Positions 55,067-64,000 of a stretch of 64,000 nt of DNA are shown here, in pieces; the first letter of the stretch is position 1; every line of letters starts with the position of its first letter. Position numbers and translations under genes: made by a program. Origin of the DNA: a virus; IMG/VR virus record IMGVR_UViG_3300009103_000004, positions 64,001-128,000 of that record. One strand, written 5' to 3'. The notes beneath the pieces were generated by a model. It had not been told where the DNA came from. It made no database searches and was given only the letters and a program-made list of their open reading frames with translations.

Positions 55067-55936
55067 CTATTTAAGAGGATTAGTCTTATGAGACGTAATC
55101 GTCAACGGATTGGCTTTCACCAATTCTGCTTCAGTTGGTACGGAACCTACTGGATACTTTTTATCCATGTAAACTCTGTATTCCATACCATCCGGTAGGT
55201 GGGCGTCCATGTAGTCAGCGTCCCTTCCGAGGCGCATGAGAGTATTGAAGCCGGAATTAAGGTATTCTTCCGAATCTTCTTCACCGGCGTTACCGTCACA
55301 TATGCTTGTAAGCGTGTAGATTATGAGGGGCTCAGATCCACTTCCACTCTCCAATCCCGCCAAGGGAGTATCTATATTGTGTTCATCAGGATCGTCGAAA
55401 TCTACTTTCCAAGTGCGAAGTAAATGATCAAGATGCTCCTTAGCATGGTGCAGAGATGGATACCCAAACCAAGTGTCATGGTCCTCGTCATACTTATCCA
55501 TGTCGAGGAGTTTATAATCAGAGAAGATCGCGGATAGCAGCTCATCGGTTTTCGAACTTTCATCCTTAACATTTAGCAAGACATACTCTTCTGGCCATTG
55601 ATCCGCCCAGGGTAAACAACCTAAAGTTAGGCTAACGTTACTAAAAATCTCCTCAAACTTACCTTCGCCGTTATCACGATCATACAGATCGAATCTAACT
55701 TCGTCGGTACCCAAGTCGACCTTCATTACTCTACCGTTGTGGTAGTCCAAGCGTACTTCGTTGTTGGGATGCTTGTGCTCCATCATATGGTATTCAAGAT
55801 AAGCTTCAGCGAGCGTCATAGGACGCTGGCCACTTACGTCTGCAAGACCAAAGCCCTGCTGCTTGGAGTTATTATACAACTCCCAGAATAGAATCCAGTG
55901 GGGAAACCCACTAGGTAGTTTTATTATATTATCCAT
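55067..55936 (-). CDS. Hypothetical protein
   Basis: 289 aa with LDYHNGRVMKVDL..LYDRDNG segment. Confidence 0.75.
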   Translation of the reverse strand: MDNIIKLPSGFPHWILFWELYNNSKQQGFGLADVSGQRPMTLAEAYLEYHMMEHKHPNNEVRLDYHNGRVMKVDLGTDEVRFDLYDRDNGEGKFEEIFSNVSLTLGCLPWADQWPEEYVLLNVKDESSKTDELLSAIFSDYKLLDMDKYDEDHDTWFGYPSLHHAKEHLDHLLRTWKVDFDDPDEHNIDTPLAGLESGSGSEPLIIYTLTSICDGNAGEEDSEEYLNSGFNTLMRLGRDADYMDAHLPDGMEYRVYMDKKYPVGSVPTEAELVKANPLTITSHKTNPLK

Positions 55937-55971
55937 GATATGTTACCTATTTGTATTTAGTTTATTTGTTG

Positions 55972-56900
55972 TGAGAAAACCTAATGAGGAAGGACTGCCT
56001 GTAGGCTGATCAGTTCCTTATACCCTAGTCCTATTACGCTAATCGGATACCGAAGTATATGCTGATATAACGTAGCGCCCTTGGTTGTGTCTCCAGTTAG
56101 GGTTGTCTCATTAATACTCTTTTCAGAATAAATTGATGTGGTCCGTCTTGCTCTCTGCCTTTTCGTAGGTTTACTTGGCCAATCAGAGAATCGATGTTCA
56201 TAGCCCCAGACGCCTACTGTATCGGCGGGGGTTGTTGGAAACCTCTTTCGAAGCGTACCACCTTACGCGCGATACCATCTTACAGACCGACTAGTATAAG
56301 TACATATACGGAAGGACCGTGATCCCTCGCATCGGAGTACAGTCCCCAATGCCATGTAAAAATACATAGTAACTACTAAGTTCAACCACAAAGCACTTTT
56401 ACTTGAATAGTAAAAGATAAGGGAGACCACGCTAGCCCACTTGAACGTGCGCACGTTGTGAGCGACAACGAATGGTGGTTTGTGCTGTAACTCCCAAAGA
56501 TAAAAAGTAGTGAGCCGGTGAGGGGGGTGTCTATGTTTTAACCCGATCCCCACCGGCTCTAATATCCCACTTCCGCTGGAGACGGAGTGTGGGACAAAGG
56601 ATGAGGTGGTGGTTACTGTCCGTAGATCAAATAACCACCAAGCGTATGTAGCGGTCGCGCCCGACCCGTGCTGATAAGAAAGACAGCTAGAACCTCAGCG
56701 CTATCCCCTAGAGGAGTCACGGCGGTTCGATTACGTTTGATCTAGCCTATGACCTATCAGTATGCCTTCATGGCGACTTGCATACTACCTTTTTACCTCA
56801 AAAAGTGGAGAAGCATCGACGTGTTAGAACTCCTTACCGACTGGCTTAACTAACCAGCAAGCCGCTACTACAAGCAGCTGGAATGGGATCACGAGCATAC
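55972..56900. ncRNA. Candidate structured ncRNA region
   Basis: ORF-poor; stems at 55972-55984/56097-56110 and 56512-56520/56551-56559 among others. Confidence 0.5.
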
Positions 56901-57059
56901 AACCTTTCAATTTGCCAATGCTTCTTCGCTCGTGTCTTTTTAGGACCATTTCCCTGGTAGGAGTTTTGTTGAGCAGATCCCCTACGGTTTGTTCTTGTAC
57001 CTAGGAACAAGAAAAGCAAACGCGAAGAGAATACGTACTCAAGTATATATACCACAAAA

Positions 57060-57437
57060 TCATATAATATTTCGCGGCATCTCGCCTTCCTTGGAAAGCT
57101 TGTCACTAACAGATGCTTTACGCACTGCTTCATTATAGCCATCAGTACCCACAAGCCCCAGTGTGTTATCAGCTAACTCATACTGATCAACTTTATAGAT
57201 ACTCAAAAAGCTTTTGAAATGTATCTTTTCACTTTCATACGCTATCCACTTTCTTAGCCTGTCTACGTGACCAGAAGCTTGAATTATCAATCTGACATCA
57301 TGGAACAGATATGGATAGTATTCTACTTTATTTCGAACAAAGATACCCGGGTTTAATGCTTCAGCTATATTGTTTACAAATATTTGCGGAAGCGGTTCAT
57401 CCAAGTCTTTGAGCATTTCATCTTTATGTTGGTTCAT
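57060..57437 (-). CDS. Hypothetical protein
   Basis: Packed ORF. Confidence 0.6.
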   Translation of the reverse strand: MNQHKDEMLKDLDEPLPQIFVNNIAEALNPGIFVRNKVEYYPYLFHDVRLIIQASGHVDRLRKWIAYESEKIHFKSFLSIYKVDQYELADNTLGLVGTDGYNEAVRKASVSDKLSKEGEMPRNII

Positions 57438-57780
57438 TGCGTTTGAATATATATTTATAATTTTCTTTTGACTCTTTAACTAATTCTTTTCCCTTACTAG
57501 GGGTGTTACTATCAGACATACTGGTTTCTTTAAAAACTGCAAAAAGTCTTCCTATCCACGCCTGTAATGGCATTTCCATCTCAACCTCTTTACTAACTTC
57601 GCCGTTTTTTATTTCCTGTACAGCTATGTCAGCGAGAGTCTCCATACCGAACAATCCCTCGCCCTGCTTTATTGTCATCGTTTCACGAACAGTTATACCA
57701 TTTTTTTCAAAATAGTATTCCGCAACCAAGTGCTTTAGCACAGGGCACATTACTTCATCATCTTCATCATCATCAAACAT
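57424..57780 (-). CDS. Hypothetical protein
   Basis: Packed ORF. Confidence 0.6.
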   Translation of the reverse strand: MFDDDEDDEVMCPVLKHLVAEYYFEKNGITVRETMTIKQGEGLFGMETLADIAVQEIKNGEVSKEVEMEMPLQAWIGRLFAVFKETSMSDSNTPSKGKELVKESKENYKYIFKRNEPT

Positions 57781-57812
57781 GGGACATTTTACCTAGGTTT
57801 AGTTGTGTAATT

Positions 57813-58076
57813 TTAAAACTCATAGTGTTCAGGATCTGCTTGTACTGCCTCTATTGCTTTCTTGCGAATAGTATCATAACACCAGCCACTCATAGTCATG
57901 AGGCAGATGTCTACGATTTTGGGGTTTTCATTATAAGCGCAAAGAAGATGCATGGCACGCTTGTGATACGGCTCATCATCTTCGATTATCTCCTTTATGA
58001 AATACTCCATGAAAGCAGTGCGGTACGGTATACCTTCCTCATCTACAAATGTAAGTTCAGTTTGAGTATCGCTCAC
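57813..58076 (-). CDS. Hypothetical protein
   Basis: Packed ORF. Confidence 0.6.
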   Translation of the reverse strand: MSDTQTELTFVDEEGIPYRTAFMEYFIKEIIEDDEPYHKRAMHLLCAYNENPKIVDICLMTMSGWCYDTIRKKAIEAVQADPEHYEF

Positions 58077-58077
58077 A

Positions 58078-58263
58078 TTAGTATCTTATTTCAGTACCGT
58101 ATATTGCAGAATCACCAACACTAGATATAATTTGCTCAACCCACTGATCCTTATTCTTAGGCGTTCCGTCTGGATTATAATGTGCTGACCTATCTTTAGT
58201 CATCCTATACTTGGGAGACTTACGTACTTTTTTAACCGCCTTTTTAGTTTTTTTTGCTGCCAT
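58078..58263 (-). CDS. Small Lys-rich protein
   Basis: MAAKKTKKAVKKVRK N-terminus. Confidence 0.6.
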   Translation of the reverse strand: MAAKKTKKAVKKVRKSPKYRMTKDRSAHYNPDGTPKNKDQWVEQIISSVGDSAIYGTEIRY

Positions 58264-58265
58264 CG

Positions 58266-58409
58266 TTATACCCTCTTTCTCATTGCTTTAGCTTTATTTC
58301 TAAGGCTACGCTCTTGAGCCTTTCCACCACCGGGTCGTCCCCGTTTTCTGTTCTTTTTATTCTTGGTAATTTTCCTACCATATTCTTGATACAAGTTATC
58401 GTTACTCAT
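58266..58409 (-). CDS. 47-aa basic protein with AT-hook-like RKRGRP (below the ORF-track cutoff)
   Basis: Manual translation MSNDNLYQEYGRKITKNKKNRKRGRPGGGKAQERSLRNKAKAMRKRV; fills the gap between neighbours. Confidence 0.6.
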   Translation of the reverse strand: MSNDNLYQEYGRKITKNKKNRKRGRPGGGKAQERSLRNKAKAMRKRV

Positions 58410-58770
58410 TTTTCTTTATTTCCTTATTTTTAGACTCCCAATGATCAGCCTCATATACAAGATCGGCGGAATCATCAGAATCAGTTTTATCATCAACCAT
58501 TGCATCCAGTATAACCCATTGATAGTCGTATGCTAAATTCGCATAGTACTGGACCTGGTGCTGTGCTATATACAATTCATGCTCTAACATATATTGCTCG
58601 TGTGTCTTCCCAGCAATAAGTTGCCACTTCTGAGGAAGTGTCCATGTTAGATTATCAAAAAGCCACACCGACGTGTGACCTATACCCATTCGTGTAGTTA
58701 CATCGTGGATCCAAAATATAATGTTATTCCACTTATGATTTACCCAGTTAGTTAATTTCAAAAAAATCAT
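58402..58770 (-). CDS. Hypothetical protein
   Basis: Packed ORF. Confidence 0.6.
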   Translation of the reverse strand: MIFLKLTNWVNHKWNNIIFWIHDVTTRMGIGHTSVWLFDNLTWTLPQKWQLIAGKTHEQYMLEHELYIAQHQVQYYANLAYDYQWVILDAMVDDKTDSDDSADLVYEADHWESKNKEIKKNE

Positions 58771-58979
58771 AAATTTTTCTTGGTTTTCTTTTTACGAGGT
58801 TTGTGCATGGACTTAGCTTTAGATAAAGCCTCTGTCCAATTCTTCTCAAAATATAGCCACGAAGTTCCATCTGGTACGAACTTGTACCATATCGCTGTGC
58901 CATAGATCTGGGAGTCCCTCTTCTCTAGGACTAAACCTAACTTTTTTGCTATATCCTCAGCATCACTCTGTTTCCCCAT
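58767..58979 (-). CDS. Hypothetical protein
   Basis: Packed ORF. Confidence 0.55.
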   Translation of the reverse strand: MGKQSDAEDIAKKLGLVLEKRDSQIYGTAIWYKFVPDGTSWLYFEKNWTEALSKAKSMHKPRKKKTKKNL

Positions 58980-59256
58980 TTAATATATCTCCAAAATCTA
59001 ACTGTATTCCTTTGTTTAGACGTAGAACTATTTGTTCCACTTCATAAAAGCACACATCTCTTTCTTCGTAGTTATCAAAGCTAAAAACCTCAAAACATTT
59101 ACCCGAAGCGTAGAGTCTCACATAGTACTTGTCCCTGCCATGTGACTTGACAGGGCCATCAGCAGTGACTCCACAGATATGAGAAAAATTTAATAGGGTA
59201 TCGCGATACTTTACCCACATACTATATTCCGTGGTATTCCCAACCGCGCTTGTCAC
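58963..59256 (-). CDS. Hypothetical protein; start uncertain
   Basis: Packed ORF. Confidence 0.5.
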   Translation of the reverse strand: MTSAVGNTTEYSMWVKYRDTLLNFSHICGVTADGPVKSHGRDKYYVRLYASGKCFEVFSFDNYEERDVCFYEVEQIVLRLNKGIQLDFGDILNGETE

Positions 59257-59503
59257 ATACCATTCGAATTAACTGCTTAGCATCCCACTCATTAAACCAT
59301 ACTTTTTCAAGCAAATGATCCAACCACCCAATAAGCTGCAGGGGAGTTTCAACTCTGTCGTATTCTATTGGGTAGGAAGCTTTCATACCCTTTTCCCTTA
59401 AAAAAAGGATACCGCCGTCATCACCCCATTCGAAGTCCACGTTTCCCGGATCTTCATTGTTCATCTTTTTAAACTCGTTCCATTCTATAATTTCAGGTTT
59501 CAT
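59222..59503 (-). CDS. Hypothetical protein
   Basis: W+.HL.EK.W segment; packed ORF. Confidence 0.65.
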   Translation of the reverse strand: MKPEIIEWNEFKKMNNEDPGNVDFEWGDDGGILFLREKGMKASYPIEYDRVETPLQLIGWLDHLLEKVWFNEWDAKQLIRMVCDKRGWEYHGI

Positions 59504-59534
59504 TTTTAGCCTTGGTTAATTTTAAGTGGTTAAA

Positions 59535-59611
59535 TGGTGGGCCCTGTCGGGTTCGAACCGACGACCTGCCGATTATGAGTCGGACGCTCTAACCAACTGA
59601 GCTAAGGGCCC
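59535..59611 (-). tRNA. tRNA with CAT anticodon, most likely Ile2 (lysidine type)
   Basis: GGGCCCTTAGCTCAGTTGGTTAGAGCGTCCGACTCATAATCGGCAGGTCGTCGGTTCGAACCCGACAGGGCCCACCA; 77-nt cloverleaf with CCA; body resembles ileX-type tRNAs. Confidence 0.9.
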
Positions 59612-59858
59612 AAACGACAACGAGGCGGAGCATCAAGGAAGCTTCCATTGTACGCACTCCAACTAGTTTGTACCTCGTTGCCAAATAGGGCCGATACAGC
59701 CGCAGGTAGGTACCTAAAACGGTTTTGTTTAGTTTGTTAACGGTTAGTTTTAGAACTACGACTGTACCGGCAATTTAAAGCCAGTACGGCGTTGGTCGGT
59801 TTGGAAAAGTCCAACTAGTTAATATTTAGTTAGTGACCGCTACCGTACTGGCTAAGCG

Positions 59859-60089
59859 TTAATTGCCTGCGTCGACCTTGGCCTTTAAGCCGTCTATATC
59901 TGTGCGTAGATTAATTACCTCTTCTAACAATCTCTCAATTGTATGATGAGTTTCTATATTACCACGCTGCAGGATATTCATACCCTCACGTAAATGCTCC
60001 ATAACAGATGTAAGTTTTTCAACTTGATCTGTAGCATCTACGTTGGGAAGTACAAAGTTTTCAGGAAGTGCCTTATCCATCGTGCTCAA
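59859..60089 (-). CDS. Hypothetical coiled-coil protein
   Basis: Packed ORF. Confidence 0.55.
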   Translation of the reverse strand: MSTMDKALPENFVLPNVDATDQVEKLTSVMEHLREGMNILQRGNIETHHTIERLLEEVINLRTDIDGLKAKVDAGN

Positions 60090-60381
60090 CTCCTATGTTC
60101 ATAGTTTTAAGTAATTCCTCCCAGTTACCAGATGAATGATCGGGAACAGATATTTGATCCCCACCGAACTGAACGAGTGCTCGTGCAGCGGCAAATGAAT
60201 CATTCTTGGCCTGCAGGTCGGAAAAAATATCCACCTGCGATTCATTTAAATCTACCTCAAAGTAACAAGCAGTAAACTCTGGTACTGTTTCAGCAGTTTT
60301 ATATAGATCAGCGGAGCTACTCACAGTTTTAACACAAAGACTGTGAAGCCCGTAATCATCTAGTATTCCACAATATTTCAT
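60073..60381 (-). CDS. Hypothetical protein
   Basis: Packed ORF. Confidence 0.6.
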   Translation of the reverse strand: MKYCGILDDYGLHSLCVKTVSSSADLYKTAETVPEFTACYFEVDLNESQVDIFSDLQAKNDSFAAARALVQFGGDQISVPDHSSGNWEELLKTMNIGVEHDG

Positions 60382-60794
60382 AATATATTTCTATGCAAGT
60401 TTTCTGCAGATGTTTTGGTGGTTGGCAATGCGCTTTTCACATTAGAAGAAACCAACAACTTGTTAGAGTTTTTATTTCTAGATATTATTTTTCGTTTATA
60501 ACCCGGAACTTGGAAGTCTTTAAGTGTTGACTCTGGTATAAGTTCGTAACCTGCTCGACGTTTAGCTCGTTCAAGTTTACGAAACTCATCCTGACATCTC
60601 CAATAAGCTACATCCTCAAACTTAACCTGTGAACTCAACCTGGGACTTGTTCTCCTACCCCACGATGTAATTAATGTAGCTAAGCGTTTCCCATCATTGT
60701 CGTGTTCGTGACCAATGACAAATAGTTCCAAGATATAAACTTTGTCTGATTTTTCATCTTCATAATGTAAGACTTGGCGTTTATATAATTCCAT
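60378..60794 (-). CDS. WGR-domain protein
   Basis: SDKVYILEL...SWGR...K.R.GY. Confidence 0.75.
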   Translation of the reverse strand: MELYKRQVLHYEDEKSDKVYILELFVIGHEHDNDGKRLATLITSWGRRTSPRLSSQVKFEDVAYWRCQDEFRKLERAKRRAGYELIPESTLKDFQVPGYKRKIISRNKNSNKLLVSSNVKSALPTTKTSAENLHRNIL

Positions 60795-60796
60795 AA

Positions 60797-61840
60797 CTAA
60801 TCTTTTAGAGTTATATCATCGATCGAAAGAAATTTAAATTCTTCATTACCTATCCTATGCTCTGCCACGTAATTGTTAAGGCGTGTTACAGCTTCATCCA
60901 TGTGTTCAGGATCAGACGGTAAGTCGTCTAAATCAACACAATTCTGTAATTCCAAACCGGCATCCCATATGTCTCGAGTTATAGGCCTAAACCCTAAAAA
61001 CTCAATTGCATTGCGACAGCAATCCAGGAAATCATCTACAGTTCCAGAAGTCTCAACTCCATCACGTATAGCCGAGCCTATTTGATTGAGCGGTAACCCT
61101 GTATACTTGTGAGACGAAGTGTCCCAAAATCTACTTGTAAACAAGCCCTTAAACGTGGCGTTAGCACTACGCTTCGAGCCCATAGCTTGAGCGGCCTGTT
61201 CGTGTAAGAGTTTGTACATAATCTCCTGCTCATCAGAGTAAGGCTTAGCCTTGTATTGACGCTTGGGCGTAGATCTGGAGACCGAGTCATCAAGTGGATG
61301 ACTGGAACTATGTATAACCGTAGCCAAATCCTGTAAGCGAGTATTAACTGCGTCCAATCTACTTTCTAGCAACTCACGCTGCATCACTGACTCGGATCGC
61401 AAATCTCGTAATACATCAGTACTAGTTTCTCCCTCTACGTAAACACTATATTTACGAACAGTTGGAATAACTTCAGCATTAACCCACCTCAGGAAATCAA
61501 CAGCTTCTTGCTTGTCAGAACAAAAAGCCAAAACGTACAGCCCAGGTTCCAGTATAAGATTATCCTCAGGAAATGCGAAAGGTACTATATTCCTTATACG
61601 ATCCATCATATCCCCACAGTTATCTACATCTATGCCCAAAGCACTGTATACGTCTTTAGCGTAAAATGCGGGCTCTCCAGACATTGTGCGAGATACACGA
61701 AGTGAATTATCAAGCCACTTTATAGTACAACTTGATTCTCCTGATAGACTTTCAAGATTTTCTATATTTTCATTAACCTCACCTTCTATGACTGCAGCAG
61801 CGTCACTTACATTTATAAAATTGGGAGTTGGTGTTTCCAT
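60797..61840 (-). CDS. Bro-N domain (antirepressor-like) protein
   Basis: F.AKDV..ALG, EPGLY.L...S.K.EA..F..WV..EVIP.+RK. Confidence 0.85.
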   Translation of the reverse strand: METPTPNFINVSDAAAVIEGEVNENIENLESLSGESSCTIKWLDNSLRVSRTMSGEPAFYAKDVYSALGIDVDNCGDMMDRIRNIVPFAFPEDNLILEPGLYVLAFCSDKQEAVDFLRWVNAEVIPTVRKYSVYVEGETSTDVLRDLRSESVMQRELLESRLDAVNTRLQDLATVIHSSSHPLDDSVSRSTPKRQYKAKPYSDEQEIMYKLLHEQAAQAMGSKRSANATFKGLFTSRFWDTSSHKYTGLPLNQIGSAIRDGVETSGTVDDFLDCCRNAIEFLGFRPITRDIWDAGLELQNCVDLDDLPSDPEHMDEAVTRLNNYVAEHRIGNEEFKFLSIDDITLKD

Positions 61841-61855
61841 TATATATTCCTTTAG

Positions 61856-62842
61856 TTATTCATTAGTTTGAACTTCTTCCACATGCTCTGTGGTTGAGCC
61901 CTCAGCAATTAATTCTGCCTCTTCTTGAACGCTATGTTGTTCTCCCCTTTGAATTTCAAATGGGAGCATATTGATGAGCTCTTCGCCTTCAGCCATTCTA
62001 CCGTCAGAGTAGTTATACTCTAACATATCCTCTCTTGAGTAAAAAGCTTTGTGCTGCCTGTGTATACCCTCCAAGGTATATACAGGCTCAAGCTCATTGA
62101 TGTGTTGAAACGAGCGCATGGGGTAGATGTTGCCGGGTAACATTACCGGCGAGTGTGTACCAAATAAAAACGTAAAGTTGAATTTATTATCGTACCCAGC
62201 CCAGGGGTCTCCTATATACCAGTATGGTCTGTGATATTCTGATAAGTGCCCTATTACATTAGAATCGGCATTAAGCGTGAAGCTATCATCATCAGGGTTT
62301 CTGGCCTGCCTGTATATAGCACGCTTGCCAGTAGAAAAATGTAGTAAAACATCTAGCCGATTGTCCCTGGTAAGTTGTTCTACTTCAGACGCAGAACCTA
62401 CGCCATCACAGTCATAGTAAATCAAACCGCCCAACTCTACATTGCCGTCATGTCTGGAAATGTAAGATGCATGCCCATAATGATTTGCAAGAAGATTTGG
62501 AGCGTTACAGTTATCCATGTTATAGCACTCAACAGGCCACATTGAAAAGCTAGTATGAGCTTCCAATCTTTCACAACGAGCTTCATTTTTTTCAAAAACA
62601 AAACCTCTGTAGCTAACTCCTTGTTGCTCTAAAGTTTTGTATATTACAACTGGAGAGCCTAAGCAACGCTTGCCAGCGTTATTACGCCACATTCCTAAAC
62701 CGCCATGTGCGTCTACAAATACAAACTCGTCAAATCTAAGACCCTCAGATACTAACTCTGTGTGTCTTGATGATATATGCTCTACTACCGAACGAACTAT
62801 ATTTTGTTTGTGAAAACTATATTCACTGTAAGATGTTGTCAT
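61856..62842 (-). CDS. TcmP-like methyltransferase-fold protein
   Basis: K..IV, FVDAHGG.G, GSP, FVFEKN, D.N, IYYD pattern. Confidence 0.55.
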   Translation of the reverse strand: MTTSYSEYSFHKQNIVRSVVEHISSRHTELVSEGLRFDEFVFVDAHGGLGMWRNNAGKRCLGSPVVIYKTLEQQGVSYRGFVFEKNEARCERLEAHTSFSMWPVECYNMDNCNAPNLLANHYGHASYISRHDGNVELGGLIYYDCDGVGSASEVEQLTRDNRLDVLLHFSTGKRAIYRQARNPDDDSFTLNADSNVIGHLSEYHRPYWYIGDPWAGYDNKFNFTFLFGTHSPVMLPGNIYPMRSFQHINELEPVYTLEGIHRQHKAFYSREDMLEYNYSDGRMAEGEELINMLPFEIQRGEQHSVQEEAELIAEGSTTEHVEEVQTNE

Positions 62843-62843
62843 T

Positions 62844-63623
62844 TTATTTGGTTGCGCCGAACCTGCTGCTTAGCATATCTGCGCAATGGAAGATAATTGT
62901 TAATGGATTTTCAGTACCAGCTAATTCAAACTTGCTGGTCTCATACGCTCCGCCATGAAATTCTATGGCTTCTTTCTCAATATCACTGAGGTGCTCTAAT
63001 AGGTTAGGTGCTATTCCAGCAAGCAAGGCAAGGCTTTTAAGCCCACCGTTTTTGATAGAAAGTTTCTTATTCTCGAACAACCAGTTAAGAGCTCTTCCAG
63101 AGCCACCACCAGGCTTACCAGCAGTGGTGAGACGCTCCTTCAATTCAGTAAAAGCAAAACATTCTTTATTTATTTTATAAGGAATCTTCTCACTAACAGC
63201 GCCAGATTTTAATATATTCTCTTGGTACTGCTCATTAGTTGCAGCGTCCATTACTTTATGAATATCGTGAAGAATAGCCACAGTGAGGATGTTACCGTCA
63301 TTAATAACGCCGGGCCAGATGTGATGTTCACGATCTGCAACTGTGCACTTATCTACAAATGCGCACCCTTCGGTAAGCGCAAAGTGATATTCTATCAAGC
63401 CATCAGCCAAAGCTTTTGCTATACTGAATACCTCCAGTATATGCTTAACAAGGCCTCCAGGATAGGCGTGATGGTATGCAATTTTAGATGAAGCAGGTGC
63501 TGCTACTAAGAGTGCACTTATATCTTCAATAAAAGAACTTAGTTCAAGAGCCAGTGGCTCCTCTACATGTTTATCGATAAGAGACAAAATAGTCTCTATA
63601 CGTGGATCTAATAATTCTGCCAT
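62844..63623 (-). CDS. HD-domain protein (YhaM-like)
   Basis: APAS..HHAYPGGL..H, LHD..K, I..H.G, H.AD. Confidence 0.85.
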   Translation of the reverse strand: MAELLDPRIETILSLIDKHVEEPLALELSSFIEDISALLVAAPASSKIAYHHAYPGGLVKHILEVFSIAKALADGLIEYHFALTEGCAFVDKCTVADREHHIWPGVINDGNILTVAILHDIHKVMDAATNEQYQENILKSGAVSEKIPYKINKECFAFTELKERLTTAGKPGGGSGRALNWLFENKKLSIKNGGLKSLALLAGIAPNLLEHLSDIEKEAIEFHGGAYETSKFELAGTENPLTIIFHCADMLSSRFGATK

Positions 63624-63675
63624 AACATAAAAAAAGCGCCGGTAGGCGCTTAGGATTTAAAATATAATTTGTGTA

Positions 63676-63891
63676 TCAACTACCTCTTTTAGGAGGTCTA
63701 CCTCGTTTTCCAACCTGCTTTACTTTACTTGAAAGTTTATCAACATCTGCGGAAGTACCATCCACATACAAACCGAAGTCGCTGGCCATGTTGGGTAACA
63801 ACTCTAGGTTTTTTCTAACTACATCAAAATCAGATTCCACTTCTGAAATGACGTCTACTGTTATAGTTAAGCTAAATTTTTTCTTAATCAT
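63676..63891 (-). CDS. Hypothetical protein with C-terminal AT-hook-like motif
   Basis: Ends in KRGRPPKRGS; terminator-like hairpin at 63629-63651. Confidence 0.6.
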   Translation of the reverse strand: MIKKKFSLTITVDVISEVESDFDVVRKNLELLPNMASDFGLYVDGTSADVDKLSSKVKQVGKRGRPPKRGS

Positions 63892-64000
63892 GCCTACCCT
63901 TAACCATAGCTATAAACTCAAACATTTTCTTTTTACTCTTAATTTTTATTATCTCTTGTTTGTGAATGTACTTGAACATCTTTTCCTTCATTTTAAACAC

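Noticed and set aside
56512-56559. Group II intron domain V
   Set aside because: Starts GAGCCG but is 48 nt, lacks the GNRA loop and bulge geometry, and no RT gene is present
54040-56900. RNase P RNA or group I intron
   Set aside because: I could not find GAGGAAAGTCC or the P7 R/S consensus elements on either strand
54223-57154. ORFs 54223-54438, 54650-54850, 56263-56553 and 56846-57154
   Set aside because: No recognisable motifs or operon coupling; they lie in hairpin-dense sequence better explained as RNA structure
59535-59611. Initiator tRNA-fMet
   Set aside because: Has a G1-C72 pair and lacks the three consecutive G-C pairs in the anticodon stem; elongator Met is not fully excluded
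1-64000. Eukaryotic giant virus (NCLDV) origin suggested by eukaryote-like glycosyltransferases
   Set aside because: Overlapping operon-style genes, intrinsic terminators, sigma70-like promoters, a CCA-encoding bacterial-type tRNA and a tmRNA-like element point to a bacteriophage

Overview
The window looks like part of a large dsDNA bacteriophage genome: tightly packed, mostly minus-strand prokaryotic-style genes, intrinsic terminators, one tRNA and no housekeeping operons. Host unknown. (1) 1-31.8 kb: a large glycan-modification island (neuA, neuB, GT29-like sialyltransferase, GT2/7/8/11/32/90/92-like enzymes, glf, an epimerase, seven Sulfotransfer_2 genes, methyltransferases, a metacaspase). 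(2) 33.06-35.72 kb, the main finding: a two-gene operon encoding a Cas7/RAMP-like protein and a partner, followed by a ~1 kb non-coding array with a 5-nt period (G-H-T triplet plus variable NN) cut into about 14 units of mostly 5n+4 nt. Reading each NN as codon positions 1-2, several units spell recognisable protein motifs: VFVYGTLK (GGCT), KKGGEFYTP (HsdM-type N6-MTase), TGGFPCQAFSV (C5-MTase, antisense), a Walker A, and an HUH-like GxPHxHLI. This points to an RNA-guided system with gapped, wobble-skipping guides; it resembles the VIPR systems as I recall them, but with GHT rather than GGY triplets. (3) 41.0 kb: a 71-nt tmRNA consisting of only the tRNA-like domain. (4) 41.6-48.2 kb: eight genes sharing an MNNKEKYxLVKxA leader, a candidate capsid-targeting/protease signal. 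(5) 48-57 kb: promoter/terminator gene cassettes, a phased TATCA array and about 2 kb of ORF-poor structured sequence including a tRNA mimic. (6) 59.5-64 kb: tRNA-Ile2(CAT) and WGR, Bro-N, TcmP-like and HD-domain genes. All calls are by-eye motif recognition; no searches or folding programs were run.
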